This document shows, one piece after another, positions 39,501 through 51,787 of a stretch of DNA of 64,000 nt; position 1 is the stretch's first letter; every line of letters starts with the position of its first letter. This DNA comes from Psammoneis japonica (lineage: Eukaryota), in contig QPGO01000108.1 in the NCBI GenBank assembly GCA_008632985.1, forward strand, positions 176,476 through 240,475, written 5' to 3'. The position numbers were made by a program, and so were the translations under genes. The notes under the pieces are model-generated. The model saw nothing but the letters and a program-made list of their open reading frames with translations. It made no database searches and was not told where the DNA came from.

Positions 39501-42500
39501 CCAGAATGCGTTTGCCAACAAGCTTGCACATACGGCGAACTGTGTACAGCTCAAATCCAAGTCTGATTACAAAGCTGTGATGAATGCATCCTCGCAAAAG
39601 CTTGGAAAAAGCGCTAGGAAGTCACTCCAGAATGCACTGAAGAGCGGAAGTAGAAGCATTGCCAACGAGCCAGTTGAGAACAGGAGCGGCGTGCTATCGG
39701 TACAATCACCACAGCCAGGTGTCGAGAGCACGTCGAGCCCGGCAACGGAACATCAACTGGGGCCTACTGAGAAGGATACTGGCAAACCATTGATTAGTAA
39801 AGGGGTTGATACTTCTTTGTACCGCGCAAGGATCGAATCATTACTTGAATGGTATGAGCAGACGCTTTGCGACTACAAGGATGATGACGATGGTGATTGG
39901 GAAAGCGAAGGCGAGGACAGTGAGGTTGATGACGACCTCTTTCCGAATCGTGATACAAAGCGCTTCCACGAAAACCAATCATCCTCGCTTAAACCGTTCA
40001 TGGCATCGGAAGAAATAGTATCTGAACTTGAATCTTGCTCAAATCTTCCGGTAAAAGAACAAGAAGAAGCTATCGAGTTGGTGGAGCGACGCGTGGATCT
40101 ATCAAGTTTCAGCGAATCCGAATGGACGATAGATATGACTGAGCACGTCCACAAGTGGTTTCAGAAACATATCAAGAAGCAGCGTCACTTGTGTGAACGA
40201 GTGATTCGTCGATTGAAACTACTTTCGACTGGTCGATGGCCATATGTCCTTCGAAAGGCTCTTAACACGAGCAACAAGTCCGTGACATTGTTTGAATCTA
40301 AGATTGATTCAGGAAGTCGTATCATTTGGGAAATAGCAGTCTCGTTTTCACCACGTCGCTCGACTGATACAGAATCATTCTGCGAAGAAGTCATCCGCGT
40401 GTGGGACATTGTCGAAGATCACGACAACTTGACGCGTGCTATCGCTCGGACGGTGGAGCGGATCGAGAAATCTCACTCGCGTGGTCGAGAGTGCATTCTC
40501 TACTCCGAGATTTGCGGCCGCAACTCATCTCTCGATAATGTGAAAGTCAAACGAAACTCAGGCTCGTCCCTTTATGTTCCCAACGTTTATCCGATGCAGC
40601 AGAAAACAGAAGGGTCTCCCGCGCGGGATAATAATTCGTCACGAGTATACGCACCTGCTAGCGAAGACGACAGGCAGTTCACCCTGCTCAAATTCTATGA
40701 GTTGAACGCTGACGCTGTTACACTGCTTTTGAATGACCATTCATCCAGTGCTGAGCTGCCGTTTACCCCAACCCCAAAGGAGCACGCAATCATTAATTTC
40801 TCGCCGGTTCCTAAACGCTCACTCTTGCTGATTGGACGGAGTGGAACAGGCAAGACGACGTGCTTGGTTTTTCGGATGTGGGCGGTTCACATGGCATACC
40901 AACACTCCGATCTTATCCACCCGCGCCTCATGTTTCTCACGAAAAACGACGTACTCAGGAATGAGGTTAGGAAGGCATTCGGCAACATGGGATCAGCGTG
41001 GAAAAGAAACAAGGGAGGCCAAAAGCTTTCAGTAGCAAATATTTCGACAGGTCTCCACGACGACGTTGGAACCGGCCAGTCGGTGCCTCCGCATCAACTA
41101 GAATCGAGAAACGCCCATCATTTCAGCGGAGCAGACAGAAACGATCTCAAAGATCCGATATTTCGAACATCTGCTGAATGGCTTGTAATGCTCGACAGGG
41201 AGTTACCAGGAGCTCCTTTCTTTACCCCCAAAGAGTGGTCAGAACGAGAATCAAATATCAATCAGGACGACTCCGTTATGCGTGGCATAGATGCATTCTT
41301 TCATGACCGAACTGAAGACGACGAAAGTATTGCCAGGAAAGAGGTGACTTACCCTTCTTTCCGCAGAATGTGGCGGAAGGTGAATTCAAGACACCAATCT
41401 TCTCTCGACCCGTCTCTTGTTTGGCTGGAAATCAAAAGTTACATCAAAGGGTCTATCATGGCCTTAAAACTTGATTGTGACGACCGCGAAAACCCGATGC
41501 AGCGTTATCTTTCTCTTGAGGACTACTTATCGCTTCCTCGGAAGCAATCGCGTTTGGATGAGACTGCGCGTCGCGAGGTCTACGGACTGTTCACAACATA
41601 CGAAAAACTGAAGCGACAAGGCAGTCTATACGACGAAATGGACCTCGTTTACAACTTGGCTGGGCGCGTCTTGCGTTTCTTTTGCAGTTCTACTCCACCT
41701 GCTGGGCTTAAAGAGCGGCTTTCTGTCGATGCTACCTTTGTAGACGAGGTTCAGGACTTCACACAAGCAGAGCTCTTCCTTATTACCAAGCTCAACTCAG
41801 ACCCAAACAATCTCATGCTTGCTGGTGATACAGCACAGACAGTTGCAGTTGGAGTCGGATTCCGCTTCACAGATGTTCGCCAGATTTTCTATGAATCCTT
41901 TGGAGGCATCGAACCGAGATTGTTACAACTCACACACAACTATCGAAGTCATGCAGGGGTGCTAAGATTGGCTGCATGTGTCATCGAACTTCTCTACTAT
42001 TTCTTCAGCGAAAGTCTGGACAAACTGCCACCTGATCAAGGCCTCTTTGCCGGTCCGAAACCGGTGCTCATGGAAATATCTTCAGTGTCTGATTTAGTTC
42101 TCATGATGGAGGGATCTCGACGTGAAACATCACGGATCGAATTTGGGGCCCATCAAGTTGTGATAGTTAGAAACGAGGAAGCGAAAAAGGCGTTGCCTGA
42201 TGAATTCAACGTGGACAGAGATTGGGTCATGACTGTACAAGAGTCTAAAGGCCTGGAGTTTGACGACGTTCTAATATACAATTTTTTTTCTGACAGTGAC
42301 GCTTCCGATTTGTGGCGGGTCGTGTCGGAGTACAAGTTGGAGGATATGCAGGCATATCATGACGCTTGTGATGCGGCAGATTCGGGAGTATTGTCTTTTG
42401 AGTGGAAGGATGTCGATCTTCCATCTACTCGGCCGCTACAATTCAGCCATGAGCAACACAGAGTGCTAGAGTCAGAGCTGAAACAGCTTTACACTGCCAT

Positions 42501-45500
42501 AACGAGAGCAAGGGTTAACGTGTTCATTGCCGAGAGTGATGGTGAAGCTAGCCGGCCGATGTTTAATTTCTTTCGGCGTCGCGGGGTCGTTGAACTCGCC
42601 GACCGAAACACGAAAGGACTTCAAGTTTTTGGACAAATGAATTCCATAGAAGATTGGCAGAAAAGGGGCGAGTACTATCTCCATAACGCTGAGGGACACA
42701 GAACCTTGGCCTGTCTTCGTCTTGCTTCAAATTGTTTCGATAAAGCCGGCGACAAACAACGTCGTGATCACACTAAGGCATATTTGGCTTTTGTAGAGAA
42801 GATAGGAGACGATGCTTCCGATAAGAAACGTCAGAAGAAAGCAGATATTGAACAATTCTACAGCATTGCCACTCAGCTTCTTGAGGCGCAAGATGTAGGG
42901 TTCCTCAACAAAGCAGCTCTTTGCTTACTGAGAGCGTCAGATACGGAGCTTCCGACGAGCGCAAAGATGTTTGCATTATATGCTAGAATATATTGTACGC
43001 GCAAAGAATCAGCGAAAATCGCAAAGAACCAAGCATGGGTATGGAACGGCGGAAACCATCCGCGCATGAGCAGCAATTTTTCTTGTATGCCGCAAAATTC
43101 TATGTAAAGAGTATGTCTCTCACGAAGATCCCGAAGGAGAGCAAAAGATTGCTCATGGTGAACGCAGTTCGTAACTTCCTTTCCTGCGGAACGGAAGAGG
43201 GAATCAAAAGCGCCGCCTTATTGATTGAAAAGAATGTTGCTGAATCAAGACATGAATTCAAAACTCTTTCGTCGTTCTTCAGCGCCGAAGATGCTGCGCC
43301 CTTCAGTAGGTTGGATCCAGTTTCTTATTTCCACTTGCTTCGAGAGCGATCGCCAGAACGTTGTACAGACATCACCAATGCTATGAGCATGGCTGCTATT
43401 GTTGCGTCCCGTCATTACCACAGCATCGGGGATGAAGATGGTATCGCGAAGGCACTCCGCTGCTTATCAAATTCAAGCGAAAGGTACAGGGTTTTAGAAT
43501 CGCTTTCAAGTCACCCTGATGAGCTCGTAAGGTCCCTTCCCTGGGGTTCACATCCGGCATTCGCAACCAACGGAAAGGTTGCTGACGGCATAGTAGACGC
43601 AACCAAGCTCCTTACCGACCGGCTGATTGCAGACGGCGAATTTCGTCGGGCAGCAGAAGTCTTTGAAACTCGTGGTTTGCTTGTTGATGCCGCCAATATG
43701 TTCCGTCGACACGCATCAACAAGACAAAGGAATCAATTGCCTTGGCTGACAAAGGCTTTCGAATGTCAAACGCGTTATGTAGAGTTGATCGTTGATTCGT
43801 CTGATGCGTCACGATGGGCGGAAGAAACAGAAAAGAATAGCTTCATGAAGTTGATTCAATGTCCCGTTGAAGTGAGCAGTGACTCACTCTCTACTGACAC
43901 AAAAACGAGCATGATGATATCGGAATTAAGGCTCAAAAGCGCCAGCCTCGAGGATGTTCTTAACGGTTTGTCGACGATGACAGATGATGCAAAACTGTGG
44001 AAATTCGTCACGTGGCAATGGGCTATCGATACTTACGGCTACGATAGAGTTATCGACACGCTGTCAAAGGACAAAAGCAGCGGGGTCTGGGAAAGCACGA
44101 ATTACGTCCTTTCCATCGTCCGCGAGATGCGGGAGATGGCAGTCGAACTGATGAAATCTTCGTTCAGTGAAGTTGTTGTCCACCACGGGAACGCGGTACT
44201 AATGCAGGTGGATACTTACTTTCAAATGAAAATGGATTCGTCCACCATCAATCGCCTTTCATCGAAGGTGGTTTCTAACTTGCGACTGCGGAGAGCTTTA
44301 CTGAGTGAGGACAAACGAATCGATGACGTCGCTGGTGTTGCTCCGTCAGGTGCATTGGACGTGCTGCTTGAAAGAAAGAAGGTTTATCCCATCCTTGCCC
44401 AGTATATCTGCCACATGGCGTTCTCAACGCTGAGCAATCTCTGCCAAGTTCTTCATGCTCGTTCGAACACTGACGACGCGCTTCGTGAATGGCAACGCTC
44501 CTCATCTACTAGCAAGCGAGACTTCCTCTTCATTCTCCAAGCTAGCATTTTGTGCCATGCAGAGCTGATGCAAAACTCTACAAACAAGACATTCACGCCT
44601 TTCAAAAAATCGAGGTGGTGGAATCGATGTACTAAAGACACAAAGAAGAATTTGGAATTCACGTCCCAAAGCGCAGTCAAATTGTTGCTGCGGACCACGA
44701 CTTCTGTAGAGTTCGAACCCTCCGTGCTCCGCATTATAAAGCGAGAGACCGAAAGACGCTGGCTAGGACTTTCCGTCAGACGAAAAATGTACAACATGAA
44801 TGAGATCATTCAATTCTGGAGAGTGTTCAATATATGCGGGGCTCGAGAAGATGCGATGAATGCCACGGAGAGGCAGATTGCCTTTGTTGAAAGACAGCGA
44901 CTCATGAAAGACGATCTGAAGAAGGGGATGAGGCAACTCGTACTCTCTGAACCAGGTGCTCGTATCCAATCTATCGCTCGATTATGGACGATGGCGGTTG
45001 ATTCTGTAAACACCAAGAAAAAGCCTGATCTGTTTGGTAGTTCAAGGCTACTGTATTCGCTTATGCTTCGTACACAGCGGGATGGGCTCGTGCGGCTCAC
45101 TAGAGATTTGCAGCTGCAGCTTCTCGAGGTCAACATGGCAGGGATATTCAGTGCGCTGTCGCTACGCTACAGTACGACAGAAAGGGACCGGTTCTGGATC
45201 ATTCTTCCGAAACAAACCTACATTCAGAACCTCATATTGGAAAGTGGTCCACAGTGTGGCCAGGTTTGTGGTGTCCCTGTAAAGGATCTATTGGAAAGCA
45301 CCTGTGATGTACACTTCTTCGACTTCTTTACCGAGTTCTTGAATTTGCTGGAATCGATTGCGTCCTGGGTTCTCGACTCTGGGCTTTTAGTGCTACCAAC
45401 AGGTGGCAGCGGGACTGTCGCCCAACATGACTTTGAACGAGCATTTGTTTTTAGTTCTTTGACTGTTGTAAATGCCGCAATTGTGTCTTCGGCGGGTCGG

Positions 45501-46844
45501 CCAATGAGCCAAACTGAAATTACCTCCAATGTCAATGAGCTTCCACAACTACCTCTCTGTGGAAAAGTGCGAGAGTTACTTTCACTCCTTCGTAGTCTGT
45601 TGTCGGATCCGAAAGGATTACCAGACGGGATTCGAAGGCATGTAAGGAAATGCTCATCCATTGCAGACCTGCTTCAATTGACGGATCGCTTGCTGGCTCA
45701 CCATTCAATAGAAAACGGACTTGTCCCCTTCCGTCTGCATCATGCTGAAGGTGACACAACCTTGTCAACAGAAGCTTCTGCCTTGCAGCTCATTACGTCT
45801 GAATTGGAGAAGATCCCGATGAATGAGACGACGGGAGTGTGGCTGGATGACAGATTGCATCGTGAAATAGTCGGGCATGTGGCAACTGAGATCAAAGGCG
45901 AAGAGCTTGCAAAATACAGCGAAGACTCTGACAAACGAGAGGCCGCCGCCGAGATTCAAAAACTGTGGCGGCGATACAAGGCACCACCAGAAGTCGACCC
46001 TTATCAATTCTTTTCCCGATGGAAAACAGTCCTTGCGTCCTTTTTCAACAGGTTTGTTAAGGGATATTTGGAGCTCAAGCGGCTCCGGCCTCCCGTGTCA
46101 TCCGAAATGGGTTTTTCCAAAGAGAACACTCTCTCCGCTTCTCGCTTGAGCGCCATCCCAGATTTGTGGAATCATCCTAAACATTTCGCTTTGGTCGATA
46201 ATTTCCTCAATCGTTTAGCAGCAAACAACCCTGTTTTGGATGGATTCGAATGTCAATTCTGCGGTGTTGTCTATCATCCTGTCGAGCGACAAGATCGATG
46301 GCAGCACTGCAGTCGTTCTATTGCAATGGGCTTAACGTATTCGCAGGCAGTGGCGGCGTTCAACATGGAACGGTTTGGTGACCCTTCTGCACCCTCGGTT
46401 GCCGAAGCATTTCAACATCGCCTTTCTCCCGACCACAATGCAAACGTCCATACGGTATCGATGCATACACAGAGCATTAAGCGTGAGATAAGTGAAGTAA
46501 TCGCGCATGGACAAACGTCCCTTCAAGTCATGGAGCACGTCATGTACGCGTGTGACCAGGATCTTTCAGATTCATGGTACATTGTCCTGCGAGAGAAGGC
46601 AGACATGATGTCCCATACTCTGCGCCAGCACGTGAATGACATTATAGAAAACACGTGCGTGTACTGGCCTCCGCCGATGGGCATACGACTAGTGCAGGGC
46701 ATTGTACAGGAGACGCGGCAGTTGTCGTTCCAGGCTCAAGAACTTTTCATTTCACACGTCAAGGAAGAGCAAGATTACTATAGGAATCTCACCAAACTTT
46801 CAACGGAAGAGGAATTTGACCCATATGAGCACTATGATCTTTGA
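36545..46844 (+). CDS. Giant (~3,400 aa) MYND zinc finger + 3 novel repeats + RelE-like domain + UvrD/SF1 helicase (TRANK1/LBA1-like), split by two frameshifts (~39015, ~42990)
   Basis: MYND CDYC..CNRCKQAKYCNRACQKAHYKVHKKSC; Walker A GRSGTGKT (~40834); VDEVQD; LTHNYRSH; TVQESKGLEF; LYTAITRAR; IQ-like AAAEIQKLWRRYK; C-terminal CQFC. Three overlapping long ORFs read as one continuous protein across the shifts. Confidence 0.8.
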
Positions 46845-47229
46845 TACATTGGTTGTTGAACACCATTCTCTGGGAGGATCGTTCTAGGGTTGCTGGCGGT
46901 CCGGTAGATGCATGGTGATCGTTCCTAATCGATCATTTCCCTTCTTCTGGTGGGTCCAACTTTTTCTCTAGCAACGCTTAACATGTGAGTCAAGCCTTTC
47001 TCTCGCACGTCAGCTACGTGCGGCTTCCTTACTATGCTATCCAAGGCATTGTTCATCGTTTAAGCCAACCCGTCTTCGTGGCATTGCAAATGTGCTCTGT
47101 GGCGCCCACACCATCAATGCCGGCTTCCTTGCTCTCATCAATTCCCTTTTTGCCTTGAAACATCTAGTTGGTGCCTTCTTTTTCCTTTTCTGTCAGTGGT
47201 TCCACCGACACGTTTTTGTTTATGATGCT

Positions 47230-49260
47230 GCAGAGTAGCCTGCACTCCAGCTTGCTAAGAGCTTAGTAAACAACTGCATTCAACAGGTGCTCTTGTGCCA
47301 TCATACAAGATTGTGATCAAGGGCGTCCCCTTTTGACCAAGTGTCAACCATTTTTTCTGTGACAAAGGCAGGCTCAAGAGCTTGCTCATCACTCACCAGG
47401 TGTGCAAACCATTGTGAGGTTGTGAACTGCATTGAAATTTTTTTGGAATGACATGGTCACTCCTGGTTGCACGAAACTCCAAATGCAAGGACTGTGAGCA
47501 ATGATGTCGACAGACACATTGAGAGCAGCAGCAGCACGTGTTGACATGTGCATGGTGAGCAGCCACAATGTCTTCAGCATGTTGTCAAGAATCAAAAGAG
47601 TCTCTCATGCCAAGCAGCCAGCACTCTGCCCAAACCCCCCTTCAACCCAACTGGGGTTGCAGCTCTCAATGTGGCATCCCACTGGCTTTGATCTAATTGT
47701 GCCATTCTTTTCAAAGCTTCTGTGAGGAAAATCCATGTCATTTGTCTTCAAATCCTTCTCTGCACCCACTTCCTTGTCAATTGAATCCTGCCACAGGGAA
47801 TGCAACTGTCTTTGTTAACTTTGACAACCTTGTGCAGGACTCAGAAGTGTGCATGATCTTGCACACTTGTGAGCTCACTTGTGACAGTGCTTGTTTGCCA
47901 CAGCTGTGAATTGTCAGTGCTTCTTGAAGGCACAATAAATCCATCAAGCAAAGACCAGCTCGTCTCCAATCAGTGGGCCCTTGCCTGCTTCCCAACCAGC
48001 TCAATTGGGCTTGATTTTTTCAAACCCATTGGCAGCTCCTGTGTCACAGTGCTGTCTTTTCAATGTGTGCAAAGGGTCCACCCTTCCATCCCTTTGCAGG
48101 TTTGCATGTGAAGTGGTGATGCTCCTTGGCCAGCTCAGCTGGCTTGATTTGTTTGAACCCATTGGCAGCTCTCATGTCACAGTGCTGCTGTCTTTTCAAC
48201 ATGTGCAAAGGGTCCATCCCTTGGCAGGTTTGCATGTGAAGTGGTGCTTCCCTTGACAACGCTGGGAGCAGGTGTTCTCCTTTTGAGCTGCACGCTCATC
48301 AGTTTTTGTCACCCCAGCTGTGGTGGTGTCCAGCAATGAGCACTGGCAGCTGCTTTTGTTGTTGTGCTGAGCAGCTGTGCTCTTGGCATTGTAGCCACAC
48401 AAGAGAGAAAATCAGTCATTGAAAAAAGAGCCCACAGCTCCTTTGTTTGAGAAAAAAGAGCAACAAAAAAGAAAGCAAAGTGCAGGGTGCAGCATGACAT
48501 GGACAACACACCTCTCTGTGCACTCTGCAAGTGGAGTCTGGAGAGCAGGCATGGAGGCATGCGTGCACCTCCGCAATGCACGATTGGATGCAGCAATCAA
48601 GCCTTGACTTGTCATTGCTCCTCACATTTCTTTTTGAGAAAGAGAACAAGCATTGACTCACAACTTCATTTGAGAAAGGAGAATGACAAGAAAAGCAAGC
48701 ACATTTTGCAGCAATGACAAAAACAATGCCAAAGCCAACAACCACCATCACCGCCAAAGAAATCTGGCAGGAACTGATTGAATCCAAGAAAGCTTGGCAT
48801 CACAATGCTGTCATGTGTTACATTGTTGTGGCAGCCATTCATGCAGGGCTTCTACAATCATCTCTGTGGCACCGATTGGTTCAAAACATTGGCACTTCAG
48901 TCATGGGGTGTGTTCTTGCTGCTCAGACTTGTTGCTGGATTGCGGTGCACATGCATTTCCATGTTCAATTTGTGACGCGGAAGCCAGAAAACTTGGAAGT
49001 GGGCCACCTGATTGGATGCGTCCACCACTGCTTCAACCCTGTGATTGTGGCTGAGCACTGGGAAGTTGCTCATGCAGGATTCTTCCTTAAAGTCCTGGGT
49101 CTGTTTGCCATGTCTGAAGCATTTTTTCCTTGTTGGCGTTTGGAGTGCATGTGTCTTCCAGGCCAGCTGGGACGTTGTTTCCTGGCTCACATTTCATTCT
49201 CTTTGCTGGTGACATCTGGTCATTGTTGCACATGAGTGGTGTCATTGGCCCATGTCTAAG
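47230..49260. mobile_element. Degenerate repeat/TE-derived block, CpG/TpA-depleted
   Basis: Composition; local duplicate at about 48020-48120 / 48157-48247. Confidence 0.55.
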
Positions 49261-49802
49261 CGGCAAGAAATGTGTTTTTTTACATTTCATTTCATGGAAC
49301 TAATGGAAAGCATTGGAATCTTCAGCACGGACCGTCACAAGATGCATCATGCACACCGCCTGTCAAATCTTAATGAAGCTAAGTCTTTTGAGGACCATTG
49401 GATTCCCGAGTCTGCATCGGATTACTTCGACTGTTGCTTTGACTGGGCGTGTCAACACGTTTTGCCGATGGGGAAACTGTCTCGTTTACTGGGGTCCTTC
49501 CTTGTGAGCCTTACTATTGCGGCTCTGGTCATTGGCGTAACTCTTGGGTCGTCGGTAATTATTGCAAAACTTTTGTAGGGCTAGGGAAGCACATCGTAGC
49601 AAACCGAAGCTGCATTACCTTTGCATGTGCAGTAAAGAAAGTAGTGTTCCATATCGATTGCTCGTGATAAAGTTTTGTACATTCCTAGAGAATGCTAGAG
49701 AAGGCCCGTAGGGCTAACTAGTTTAGAGAAGAGTAAGGACACCAGTAGCTATAGAGTCAAAGGTCACAATCGACACATCACAGAGAGGTGTTACGATCAT
49801 TG

Positions 49803-51421
49803 TTAGAAGAACTCAATGTTGTCAAGATCGATTCGACCACTGCCCTTCTCAGTGAATCCAAAAACCAATGCCCCAATGCCAGTCTTGTCTGTCCTAACGA
49901 ATCTACAGCTTTCGCGATAGTCCTCCATTTCTGAAAAGAGCACTTCTTGCTGTGACCAATTGGTAGAGACTGGCACATTGATGAACATCTCGTTCTTTTT
50001 GTTGCCTCCAAGACACGATGATGCAGCGTATGCCTTGAGCGTCACTTTCACGCTATTGACACCACTTCCCCGGATGTCAAACCGAATACCCGTGGCACTA
50101 CTCATATCGCGATATGCCGAACCAATCGATTGAGTGAAAGCCGCGTACTCGTACCTGGAATATCAGAGGGGGGGTGGGGGGGGGAAGAAAGTTAGTTCGA
50201 GAGTGCGAGTACCGCTTGAAAAAATATTCCTTTAACAACTTACCCGCAGAAAAGGTTGTTAACCACAGCAAAGCGAAATCTTAGGTACTTGTTTTTTCCA
50301 CCTCTAGATTTGAGGACAGCCCTGCCACTGCTTTCACGTAACTGGTCTCCACCGCAGGTTTCCTGAGAGTCGTAGACTAGCCCGTTTCTCCCGCGAAAGA
50401 CGTTGACACCAAGATTATCGGCCGTGTAGGTTTCAAATGTTTCAATCGGCGGAAGCGAAGGTTGAGTAGGACCACCTTCCTTACACGTCAGGGTGCTGTC
50501 TTCCCACCCATCGTCGGGGAAAGTCTCTGCGGTGCTCCAATCATCACCTGCTTCGTTGAAAGGTGTAATACGAGCCCAGTCAACCACCATGTCTGTAGTA
50601 TCAAAATTGGGTACGCCAGCCCAACCACGGGGAAACCAAGCCCCTATCCAGAACCGAGATGCCAGAGTAGGCACGTATTTTGTAATGACGCGCGTTAGAG
50701 TACCGTCCACAAAGAACTCCACCCGTCGCGCTTCCGTCTCGCTACCCGTGTGCCAATCAAAACGGTATGTGTGAAATTTACCATCGTTCTGATGACTTTC
50801 CATTTTCACTGGAGAGGTTAAGTATTCGTCGTCATTCTCTCCCACCCATGTATTCATGAGTGCTCGGTCAAAAGAAATGTCCTGATACTCTGGACCCGGT
50901 CTCCCTGGAAACTCCACGTCGATTTCGTGATTAACCGCGTAATATCCGCTTTCAGCCCCAACAGGTTTTTTGATGTAACCCTCTTGGTTTTCATAGAACT
51001 CTTGGTAATGAAAAGTCCAAAAGGCGCTCGCGACACCCATTTCGGGTGCAATGCGAGCCCTCACCTCGTACCGACCGGACGCAAAATATCGTTCCGTCGC
51101 AACAGCAGCACCTACACGAAAGCCGTCCTCTCGCGGACAGAGGTTCTTATTGATTCCTTTCAGATTACCCTTGTATTTGTTTCCATGCGCTTCGAGACGA
51201 AGCTTGCCATTACCAACAGAAATGTTTTCAGGCACGACTCCGCCGTTGTAGGACAAATCCGTGTCGTCAATTTGGCCGCCCCAGTTCTTCTTTGCCTTGT
51301 TCCACTCTGATGATAGCTCGACACCATCAAAACCATCAAACAAGCCATCACCACTGTCCCACGCGCCTTGGGCGACAGTAAACATCAATGCAAGTGCGGT
51401 CACGGCTGAGGAAAACTTCAT
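49803..51421 (-). CDS. Secreted GH16 glycoside hydrolase with C-terminal CBM/CIA30-like domain, paralog 2 (intron 50155-50243)
   Basis: Signal peptide MKFSSAVTALALMFTVAQG; HEIDVEFPG; same intron position as paralog 1; spliced frame intact. Confidence 0.9.
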
Positions 51422-51787
51422 GGTGCACCAAAGTGGGAGCTTGTTCACCAAATATGTGATGGGAAGGAGGTGAGGAGAGTTGAGTTGAACAGGACTTGCA
51501 GATGACTTTGGACATTTTGGCAATAAAATAGCCTACGTGCATGTATGGTAAAATTTTGAGACTCCGAAGTATCCACGACACGTTACATATTTTTACGTTT
51601 TTTTCCAACCTCTTGATGTTTTGAGTCGATCGAATCCCAAGTTGAAGTCGCCGCTATCCCGCTCCGAGCTCGGATCGACCAACTTTGAATTCACACCTCA
51701 CAACCTCATTCACTTTCTCCGCCCCTTTCACCTTGAACGAAGAAGGTCCGAACGGACACAACCTTGACTGGAAATTGACGAATAACC

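Noticed and set aside
38990..43010. Programmed frameshifting or three-gene operon in the giant helicase locus
   Set aside because: The second shift is a simple extra AT (AGAATATATTG), and I see no slippery heptamer. Similar 1-2 nt indels disrupt the transporter, GH16-1, lumen protein and SDR genes, so assembly error (or recent pseudogenisation) is more parsimonious. Needs read-level checking.
49252..49667. Small membrane-protein ORFs between the TE block and GH16-2
   Set aside because: No recognisable motif, and the 5' part runs into mutated repeat sequence; cannot be supported as a gene.
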